A DNA stretch of 33,489 nt, taken from IMG/VR virus record IMGVR_UViG_3300037313_000454, positions 1 through 33,489 of that record, one strand, 5' to 3'. The notes under the pieces are model-generated. The model was given only the letters and a program-made list of their open reading frames with translations. It made no database searches and was not told the origin of the DNA. Positions within the stretch are counted from its first letter, which is position 1, and the number at the start of each line of letters is the position of its first letter. The stretch is from a virus. Its lineage: Duplodnaviria; Heunggongvirae; Uroviricota; Caudoviricetes. Positions 23,501 through 32,000 of the stretch are shown piece after piece. A program made the translations under genes and the position numbers.

Positions 23501-23512
23501 GGAGAAATCTAA

Positions 23513-24496
23513 ATGGCTATTGGTAAAGCAAGTGATTTCGTAGTCTACCCCGAACAGTTCTGGGGTGGAGTTGTCGAAACGCTGCAACAGTACTCGGACG
23601 GCTTCAACGGCGCGTCCCAGAATGCGCTGCGTCTTGTGACCCGCGCAATCAAGGGCGATTACGAAAAAGAGTCGTTCCTAAAGAGCACTGCGTCCCTTAT
23701 CAGCCGCCGCGACACGACCTCCGTGTCCGCCGCGACTGACATCGCGCTGACGCAGGGCGAATTCATCGGGGTGAAGGTCAACCGCAAAATTGGCCCTGTC
23801 GCACAGACCCTCGATGCGTTCAAGAAAATCTCGGTTGACCCCGGTGAGATGAGCGTGATGCTCGGTCAGCAGGTTGGTAAGGCGATTGCTATTGACTATG
23901 TCAATATCGCGCTTTCCGCTGTGACTGGCGCTATTACGACCGTGTCGGCCCTGAACTATGACGAAACGGGTTCGTCCACCAAAACCCTACAGCACTCCAC
24001 GCTGGTCAACGGACTCTCGAAGTTCGGTGACGCTTCCAGCCGTGTTGTGTGCTGGGTGATGCACTCGAAGAACTACTTCGACCTTATGAAGCAAGCGATT
24101 GCTGACAAGGTGTTCGAGGTTGCGGGTGTCACCATCTATCAGGGAACGGTTGCTACCTTCAACCGCCCGACTCTGGTTATCGACTCGCCGTCGCTGCTGG
24201 ATTCGGTGGGCACCGCGACCCAGACCTATCGTGTACTCGGCCTTGTCGAGAACGCGGTGGAAGTCGCGGAGTCTGAGGAGCGCAACGTTGTGTCAGACAT
24301 CATCACTGGTCTGGAAAACCTTGTTATGCGTTATCAGGGTGAGTACGCCTTCAACCTTAAGGTTAAGGGCTGCCAGTGGGATACGACCAACGGCGGTGCA
24401 GCCCCGACCGATACTGCTATCGGTACGGGCACGAACTGGGACAAGATTGTTGCTGACAACAAGCTTATGCCCGGAATCGCCTGTAAGGTTCAGTAA
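23513..24496 (+). CDS. Major capsid protein
   Basis: 327 aa, strong codon bias, position after scaffold, VMHSKNYFDL and RPTLVIDSP HK97-fold-type segments. Confidence 0.9.
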   Translation: MAIGKASDFVVYPEQFWGGVVETLQQYSDGFNGASQNALRLVTRAIKGDYEKESFLKSTASLISRRDTTSVSAATDIALTQGEFIGVKVNRKIGPVAQTLDAFKKISVDPGEMSVMLGQQVGKAIAIDYVNIALSAVTGAITTVSALNYDETGSSTKTLQHSTLVNGLSKFGDASSRVVCWVMHSKNYFDLMKQAIADKVFEVAGVTIYQGTVATFNRPTLVIDSPSLLDSVGTATQTYRVLGLVENAVEVAESEERNVVSDIITGLENLVMRYQGEYAFNLKVKGCQWDTTNGGAAPTDTAIGTGTNWDKIVADNKLMPGIACKVQ

Positions 24497-24511
24497 TAAA
24501 CCTTTGTGTAC

Positions 24512-24533
24512 GGGGTGGGGTTCGCCTCACCCC
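24512..24533 (+). terminator. UUCG hairpin without a good U tract (stabiliser or leaky terminator)
   Basis: GGGGTGGGG-TTCG-CCTCACCCC. Confidence 0.6.
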
Positions 24534-24549
24534 TGCACACTATTCACTT

Positions 24550-25503
24550 ATGTTTGAAAACTTGATTGCCACAGTTGGACACGACCATACCAAAGATGAC
24601 CGCAAGGATGATTTCACTATCATCATTGCACATCGCGGCGACCCTATGGGATTGTGGGCAACGGTTCATGCATGTGAGGCTAGCACCTATTACGGTGATA
24701 AGTACTCGTATGTCATCGTCGCTAACGGAATGGACGAGATACCGGAGAATACATTCTTTCTCAAAGAAGGATTGGAACGCGAAGGTAAGCTCGGAGCATT
24801 CATACATGTAAGAAGTCCTCTAGCCCCGCCCGAAGCAAGACATCTTGGTGCAGAAGCGGCTACAGGCAAATATTTATTCTTTTTCGATAACCATTGTATT
24901 CCATACGATTGTTATTTCCATCGCCTAATGGCGAGGATGGAAGATTGTGGGATGGACATGATTCATTCCACCACCCAATATTGGCTAGGTAAACACAAGC
25001 ATTACCACTATCCACTCACACTAGAAGATAACTTCTGGGTCACCACGATTGCTGAGACTCCGTTAAAAGAGTCCCCTTACTACTGTGCTTGTGGCGGGGC
25101 AGGCGGTTTCGCGGTCAGCAAGAAAGTGTTTGACGAAGTAGGTGGATATGGCCCTATTGGGTTGTTCAAAGGATGGGGCGGGGAAGAAACTTACCTCGAC
25201 CTTAAGATGTGGATGTTTGGACATACGGTTGGTATAGACCCCAACACGCTTCACTGGCACTATGCCAGTAAGCGGGAGTATGACCGCCACCACACACCAG
25301 AGTTTTACCAGAATTTAATGACCGCAGCCTATGTGCTAGGCGGAGACAAGTGGCTGGATAAAGTCGCGGCTAGTTTTGATAAGCCTCAAATGAAGGACAT
25401 CATCACGACTCGCAAAGAACACCGCGACTGGATTGCAGCCAACGCCAAGTACACACTGGATGAGGTTTTAGAGAAGTTTAAACGAGAAGGTATAGCCCAC
25501 TAG
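24550..25503 (+). CDS. GT-A fold glycosyltransferase 2, paralogue of 19722-20711
   Basis: FTIIIAHRGD, ATGKYLFFFDNH, WGGEE; same C-terminal LDExLxKFKxxGIAH. Confidence 0.9.
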   Translation: MFENLIATVGHDHTKDDRKDDFTIIIAHRGDPMGLWATVHACEASTYYGDKYSYVIVANGMDEIPENTFFLKEGLEREGKLGAFIHVRSPLAPPEARHLGAEAATGKYLFFFDNHCIPYDCYFHRLMARMEDCGMDMIHSTTQYWLGKHKHYHYPLTLEDNFWVTTIAETPLKESPYYCACGGAGGFAVSKKVFDEVGGYGPIGLFKGWGGEETYLDLKMWMFGHTVGIDPNTLHWHYASKREYDRHHTPEFYQNLMTAAYVLGGDKWLDKVAASFDKPQMKDIITTRKEHRDWIAANAKYTLDEVLEKFKREGIAH

Positions 25504-25510
25504 GAGACAC

Positions 25511-26101
25511 ATGGCCATCACGATTGACTCAACTATAATGGGCGAGAACGCTAACTCGTATGTAGATTTGACTTACGCTGATTCTTATTTTGAGAATCAC
25601 TTTAACTCACTAAAGTCTACTAACTGGTCTAACCTTAGCGATGAACAGAAATCCCAGTTGCTAGTAATGGCTTGCTGGGATATCGAGCAGTTACGCTTTG
25701 TAGCCACCACGAACACCGACAAATCGGCAGTTCAAGGACAGCTACACTGGGACAGCCGACAGGGTAGGTTCACAGCCTATGTGACCCCGTCCAAATCGCC
25801 TGTACCGTACAACGCTTATCAGGCTCTACAGTTCCCCCGGAATTATGACTACAAGTCGGATGGTTCTGTCTTCATTCCCGAACGAGTGAAGATGGCCCAG
25901 TGTGAACAGGCTATTTACCTGTACTCACTCGACGAGACGGCGATGGCCAATCGCCTGCAAGGTATCTTCCTTGACCGCGTAAACCTAGGCGGTATTTCGG
26001 TGTCACAGGAATACGCCTATCAGGGTGTCAGCATCGCGCCGATGGTATATGAGTGGCTCAAGCCGTTCCTATTCCGTAGTGGCCGTATTGGACGCGCCTA
26101 A
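25511..26101 (+). CDS. Head-tail adaptor (DnaT-like neck protein)
   Basis: ANSYVDLTYADSYF...QALQFPR...IPERVKMAQCEQA motif pattern. Confidence 0.8.
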   Translation: MAITIDSTIMGENANSYVDLTYADSYFENHFNSLKSTNWSNLSDEQKSQLLVMACWDIEQLRFVATTNTDKSAVQGQLHWDSRQGRFTAYVTPSKSPVPYNAYQALQFPRNYDYKSDGSVFIPERVKMAQCEQAIYLYSLDETAMANRLQGIFLDRVNLGGISVSQEYAYQGVSIAPMVYEWLKPFLFRSGRIGRA

Positions 26102-26550
26102 TGAGCAGAGCGACCGGACTATTAGCCCGAGTGGACTCCGTGATGCGGAAGTTCGGGCCGCTAACGAGAACAGTCTACAAACGAACTATTACACGCACTG
26201 GTGGTAACGACTTAATCGGTCGTCCTAGTGCGGTCACTAAGACCGACACAGTGTGTGACCCCCAGCCTGTCTATGAACAGATGGGGCGCGTGGCGATGGC
26301 GGGTGGCCGTATGGGAGAAATTGCAGCCCTGATGGTATCCAGTGGACAGCGTACTGCTGACACTTGGAGATTTCAATTCTCGCCTAACGCTTTAAGTCTT
26401 TCCGAACTACAAGGTAAGAACCTACAGCTTGTCTTCAAGGACAGCGCAGGTAACGAGGAAGTCTTGGACATCCATGACTTCGAGCCTATAGGTATGGAAA
26501 GTACCTACGTTCTAATCACAGTTTATGCAAGGAGTGCTAAACGTGCGTAA
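26101..26550 (+). CDS. Head closure / head-tail joining protein
   Basis: Position, size and beta-rich composition. Confidence 0.65.
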   Translation: MSRATGLLARVDSVMRKFGPLTRTVYKRTITRTGGNDLIGRPSAVTKTDTVCDPQPVYEQMGRVAMAGGRMGEIAALMVSSGQRTADTWRFQFSPNALSLSELQGKNLQLVFKDSAGNEEVLDIHDFEPIGMESTYVLITVYARSAKRA

Positions 26551-26953
26551 TTGCCGCGACTCATTCCTTATGTTTTTGTCCGACAACTTGACAAGTATTC
26601 CAATTCATGCCATGCGGCGTGATACGAATGACCCCAATGCTGATTTGATGCAGACGGGGGCCGTCAATGTCAAGTTTCTCGACCCCGTGTTCGACAACCA
26701 AGTGGCAGACCAGCCCGTTGCAATTGACATTGTTCATGACGACGAGTTGACCGCTTTGGACTGGACACAACAGCTATGGAACCTTTTGAGTACTCGGTTC
26801 TATACGCCTTTGTACGACTACACGATTCCAGCAAGCCCCGTGGCAACGGGACAAGTAGTTTTCTGGAATCGAAGGTTGCGGTTCAGACAGATTGAAAGTC
26901 CGTATTATTCGCATTTTCATTTACGCATGTCTTTGAATCACCACCTAACTTAA
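26543..26953 (+). CDS. Tail terminator-like neck protein
   Basis: GTG start with AAGGAG RBS; directly upstream of the tail tube gene. Confidence 0.6.
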   Translation: MRNCRDSFLMFLSDNLTSIPIHAMRRDTNDPNADLMQTGAVNVKFLDPVFDNQVADQPVAIDIVHDDELTALDWTQQLWNLLSTRFYTPLYDYTIPASPVATGQVVFWNRRLRFRQIESPYYSHFHLRMSLNHHLT

Positions 26954-26989
26954 ACAACGTTGTTAATGCATTTATAACGGAGTATTTTA

Positions 26990-27613
26990 ATGCCTATTCT
27001 TGTAAACAAAAATACGACCCAGACTCCGCTTACTGCCGCTGGCCGCACAGGTTCTCAGGTAGTTAGGCTGATTCCGGCTCCTCGTATCTATGTTAAGGCT
27101 GTGGATTCCACTACGGCTGCCCCGGTGCAGACGTATTACACTGTGTCGAACGGTACGACCCCGACGGGTTGGACTGATTTGGGCATCGTGAGTGGTAATG
27201 CCAAAGTCATTTACGACAAGAAGACCGCGATGGTTAAAACGGGTATCGACGACTACATGCGCTCCGCGTATGTCCAGAGCAAGGAAGCTCGTATCGAGTT
27301 TGACCTTTCTCAGTTCGATGACTCGAACATTGAGTTGCTGACTGGCTTTACTGGCTCGGTCATCACCAGCGGTTCTATTGTCAACTATCAAGTGGGTCAG
27401 GAAGACCTTGTCCAGAAGGCAATTCTGGTTATCTTCCAGAACAAACTTGACCAGAAGGAATTCCAGTTCTATAACCCGAATGCCTACCTGAACTTTGTGT
27501 TCGCGGAAGGTAACGAGGGTATGGTGCTGCGTGTCACTGGTTTGCTACCGAGCTTCACGGCTTCGGGCCAGACCGCTGAGTCCTTCCTATCGACCACGAT
27601 TTTCAAGGTCTAA
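26990..27613 (+). CDS. Major tail (tube) protein
   Basis: 207 aa, WTDLGIVSG motif, followed by a terminator and the chaperone pair. Confidence 0.8.
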   Translation: MPILVNKNTTQTPLTAAGRTGSQVVRLIPAPRIYVKAVDSTTAAPVQTYYTVSNGTTPTGWTDLGIVSGNAKVIYDKKTAMVKTGIDDYMRSAYVQSKEARIEFDLSQFDDSNIELLTGFTGSVITSGSIVNYQVGQEDLVQKAILVIFQNKLDQKEFQFYNPNAYLNFVFAEGNEGMVLRVTGLLPSFTASGQTAESFLSTTIFKV

Positions 27614-27628
27614 ATCCTTGACAACTAG

Positions 27629-27659
27629 AGGGCTGTCCTAACGGATGGCCCTTTTTGTT
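27629..27659 (+). terminator. Intrinsic terminator
   Basis: AGGGCTGTCC-TAAC-GGATGGCCCT then TTTTGTT. Confidence 0.8.
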
Positions 27660-27687
27660 GTTTGTAGTAACTTTAATTGCGAGTAGA

Positions 27688-28179
27688 ATGAAACCAAATA
27701 AGAAATCAGAGAATGCAGCCGCGAGTCCGAAACTGACCAAGAAGGACGTTGTTCGCGCAGCCCTTAACGATTCAGCCCTTTCCCAAACACACTTCCAACT
27801 TGGTGACCGCACCTTCCCTCTCAAGGACTTGACTTACGACCAGTATAACAAGTTCCTTCTTCTTGTAGCCCCACTTGTAGACATCGTAATCGGACGCATG
27901 GGTGAACGAGCGCAAGCCCAACAGCTTGGCTTCAGTGACCTAGACATCAGTCTTTTCTCCGTCACCGATATCCTCAAGTATTGCGGGGAAGCTATCCCCG
28001 AACTGGCTACGATTTGTTGCCAAGCATCTGACCCGACGGTCACTGTGGAAACGGTCAAATCACTTACTAACAAACCTACTGTCCTCGCCGGAATCATCCT
28101 TAAGCAGATTGTGCATAACAATATGATTCAGGACTTCGCGGATTTTTTCGGACAGATTCTTCCTCTGACGAAGAAGTAA
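27688..28179 (+). CDS. Tail assembly chaperone (gpG-like)
   Basis: Between tube and tape measure genes; slippery heptamer near the 3' end; start placed at MKPNKK. Confidence 0.85.
   Translation: MKPNKKSENAAASPKLTKKDVVRAALNDSALSQTHFQLGDRTFPLKDLTYDQYNKFLLLVAPLVDIVIGRMGERAQAQQLGFSDLDISLFSVTDILKYCGEAIPELATICCQASDPTVTVETVKSLTNKPTVLAGIILKQIVHNNMIQDFADFFGQILPLTKK
28143..28149 (+). other. -1 programmed frameshift site T TTT TTC
   Basis: X XXY YYZ heptamer in frame (GAT TTT TTC); the -1 frame stays open from 28143 to 28460. Confidence 0.85.
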
Positions 28180-28460
28180 ATTATGAACCCGTTGATGGTA
28201 AGGGCAATCCGTTCCTTATCATCGACTCGTTCTGTCAAGCGTATCACTGGCCGTTAGCTGATGCCATGAAGTTGACCATGCCGCAAATCATCATGATGAA
28301 TCATGCTGCGTGGGTCAACCGTGAGAATTCTGACCGCAGGTATAACGCCAAGCGGCACAAAGACGACATCAACGACCCTGTGATTAAGCAAGAGGAAGAG
28401 AAGATAAACGGTATGACTCCAGCTGAGTTGTCCATGTACCTAGCCTCACCCTTCGAGTAA
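28149..28460 (+). CDS. Frameshift extension of the tail chaperone (gpT-like; fusion 27688-28460, ~257 aa)
   Basis: RTDSSSDEE...FCQAYHWPLADAMKLTMPQI, a gpT-like HW...L-L motif. Confidence 0.8.
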   Translation, partial: RTDSSSDEEVNYEPVDGKGNPFLIIDSFCQAYHWPLADAMKLTMPQIIMMNHAAWVNRENSDRRYNAKRHKDDINDPVIKQEEEKINGMTPAELSMYLASPFE

Positions 28461-28462
28461 CT

Positions 28463-29020
28463 ATGTTTACAGTACAGTCCACCAAATTTTTACCCAACCT
28501 CAGAGGTATGAGGGAACGATTTAAAGGCATCAACCAGTTCTCCTACAAGATTGTCGTACCGCCTGAGATGATTTGGTGGTACTGGCAGGAGTTTGGCACT
28601 GCATTGTATGCAGAGCGTGGTACAAAGCCCGGAAATGAAGTCGGATATGACGTGACCCCTATCAATAAAGGGGCACTGAAATTCTATGACCGTGGTGCGG
28701 GAGACTTCCGTATCGCCGCTAAGACGTTTGTGTACGGTATTCCACCGCACCACATGGTCACAGATAGCCTGCCCGAGATTGAGATTGAGATGAAACAATC
28801 GGTGATGCAGGCATTCCGCGAGGCTGAGTACGACGCCAATAAGATACACGAAATCTTGTTGACCAAGATGATGCCGCGCATAAAAGAGATTATCAGGCAA
28901 GCGTTCGAGATAAAACTGAACCTGCCTTCCCGCCCTAACGGTAAGCTAGACCAATCTGCCGCTGACGAATTTGAGCAGAAAGCTGAAGTTAAGGACAACA
29001 CATTTGACAGCACCCAATAA
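28463..29020 (+). CDS. HK97 gp10-like tail completion protein
   Basis: WYWQEFGT motif. Confidence 0.7.
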   Translation: MFTVQSTKFLPNLRGMRERFKGINQFSYKIVVPPEMIWWYWQEFGTALYAERGTKPGNEVGYDVTPINKGALKFYDRGAGDFRIAAKTFVYGIPPHHMVTDSLPEIEIEMKQSVMQAFREAEYDANKIHEILLTKMMPRIKEIIRQAFEIKLNLPSRPNGKLDQSAADEFEQKAEVKDNTFDSTQ

Positions 29021-29028
29021 GGACTACT

Positions 29029-32000
29029 ATGCCCGTAGAAGATAACGGTTCACAATTTAGAGAGATGCTAGAAGTTGGCGTCGATGTCTCCGTATTTAAC
29101 GAAGGCTTACGTCAACTTGAAACTGCATATACGGACTTCCTGAATCGTATCAAGGCTAAAGGTGGTTCCGGGTCAGACATAATCGCTGCTGGACAGGTAG
29201 GCGCTCTTAACGCCCAGCTTGGTCAGTTGGTACAGACCATTGGCGAGGTTCAGAAGAACCTTGGTGCCACACTCAAAGATATCACTGGTGGTGTGGTCAG
29301 CACCCTTGAGTCGTTTGAGCGTACCATCGAAGAGAAGTTCACTGTCTCTTCTAAGGCGAGGATTAAACAGGCTGAACTTGAAGCCGATGACCGCATTGCC
29401 CAAATCAAGAAAGTCAACCGCGCTCTAGCTGAAGCCAACGCCGAAGCCCGTGCTGAACAAGCCAGCTTCGATGGTCGTAAGACACCGAACGCTTTCCCCG
29501 GTGCAATCCCGTTCAACATGCCAGAGAATGGCAAGGTTGAGCCGGAAGCCGCTAAGATGGCGGCGATGATTGAGAAGCAGCTTAATGACCAAGACAAACT
29601 AGCTGCTGCATATACCAAGAGTGTCGAAAAGAAGATGGAAGCCGACGCTCGTTGGATTACGAACTACGAGAAAGCACACCAGCAGGCAATAGCCCAGAAT
29701 GAGAAGTTCGATGCTGGTGTTCGTGAGTCTGAACAGAAACAAGAAGAACTAATTGCTAAGTGGGTTAACTCTTATGAGACAGCCCATAACAGAGCGTTAA
29801 TAGAGAACCAGAAGTTTAACACCAAACGGGCCGAACAAGATGAGCAGTACTATGCCCGTCAGTTGGCTCTGGTTGAACGAGAGATATTCCTTGCTGACCA
29901 AGCGGCTGCGACTAAGACTGCTGCTGCGGAGGCCCGTGCCCGTCTTCAGGCTAAGATAGATGGAGATGCTACCACTAAACAGGTAGCTGCTGCCGAGCGT
30001 GTGGTACAGGTTGCCAATGAGTTAGAGCGTCTGCGTACCGCACAGTATGAGGCACAGGTAAATATACGCCTTGCTATCGCTGCCAAAGAGTCTAACGAAA
30101 AGATAGCGATGCTTCGCCGGGAAGAGGCGATGAATGGTCGCTTCGGTTCCCAGACTCAACGTAACCTTGTTCAAGCATTAACAGCAGAACAAAAAGCTGA
30201 CCTTGGCTTAATGGAACGAATCATGGGTCGTCTTACTAAGGACACTCCTGAGTTCGTTGCCAGTATGTTCCGTTTGGCTGCCACCCTGCAATTGGCTTAT
30301 ACAGTCATTCAGGCAATGACAGTAGCGGTTATGGCACTGCCCCGTGCATTCCAAGCTGGTTGGGAGTACCTGACCAAAGTCGAGGAACAGGCACAGGAAC
30401 TACAAGGCTCTATTGCTGGTACGGTCAAGCTGTCCGAGAATTTAGCCGAGAACTTTAATATGTCCGCTAAGGCGGCAGAAGCTATCGTTCTCAAGTTCCA
30501 AGACATTGCGGCTAAAGACAATTTAAAGCCTGAGAATCTACAGGCTGGTTTCAAAGCCTTCATGGAAGGCGGTGGTGGGGCCACCGTTAAGACACTTGAC
30601 GAAGCGACCCGCGCCACTGAGTTGTTTGCGCTGGCACTTAAGAACTCTGGTGTCAATGCTCAGACCACACGTAGTCTTATCTCTGAGATTCCTAAACTGT
30701 TGAACGACAGCATCACGCCTAGTTCTAAGTTGTTGGAAGTACTACACTTATCCAAGGATGAGTGGAGTAAGATTCGAGCAGAGGCACTAAAGCACCACAA
30801 CCTAGTGGAGTTGCTTGAGCCTCGGATGAAGGCATATACGGCGGTTACTGCTGAATCCAACATGACCCAAAAGGACATGACGGAGACAGCCGGAAATATG
30901 CTCTCGCGTGTCGAGGGCATTGTTGCCAAGCCGATGTGGGATGCGTTCAACGCAACCCTTAAAGATGCGCTGGGTTGGTTTAAACAACATAAGAATCAGG
31001 TTGAGGCCATTGCCGGAAGCATCGGTCAGTTCATAAAGGACTTCTTTGACTTTGTCAAAATGCTGGCCGAAGCTAGCGGAGCTACGTTCCTACTAGAGGA
31101 AGGCTTCAAAGCCATTGGTTTTGTTCTACTCCTAGCTATGGAGTCCGTCGGTCTAATCATCGACGGTATGAGGGTGTTGTTCAACGACATTAAGTCATTG
31201 ATTGCCTTCATAGCCAATCCCAAGAATTGGAACTCAGACGGGTTCAACCAGTTCATCGCTGATGCTCAGGCTAACTCTACTAAGTTCTTCGACAACTTTG
31301 AGAAACGTGCACTACGGATTAATCAAGCACTTACTGGTGAGAAGTTCGGTGGTCAGGATAATACCCTCAACCAACCAATCCTAGACGCACAAGGGCCGCC
31401 CGACAATACCAAGAACAAAGGCGAAAGACGCGACCTACGAGCCAAGTTAGAAAAAGAACTGGACGAACTTAAGCAACAGACACAGAGTGTGGTTCAGCAG
31501 CAGGAAAACCTGATTGCTACGCATAAAGTTACTGTCCGTCAAGGTGTGGATGAGATTGTACAAGCCCTCACCAAAGAGTGGTTGGGTGTGGACGCTTTGG
31601 TCAAGAAATATAAAGACCTTGCGAACACGATTAAAGACCCCAACCAACGTAAAGCTTTTGTTGAGCAGCTTGAAAACATTCAGCGCGACTTACACCGTCA
31701 GGAAAGTAAGCGTATCAACCAAGGCTTCACCGAGGCTGATACTGCCGACAAAGCTGTCGTTGACGAAGAGTCTAAGACACGTCTAGCTGTACTACAACAA
31801 GAAAGACAGCGTGAACGTGCTTTAATCAAGCAAGCTGTCAGCGAAGGACGCGCTCTACGCTCGGAAGGATTAAAAGCCGAGCTAGAAGACCTTAGCGACA
31901 ACATTGACGACCAGAACCGCGAGTTTAATCGTCAGTTGGAAGGTGTAGCTGCTGGTACTGAGAAGTACAAGCAGATAATGCGGCAGAAGGAACTGGCTAA

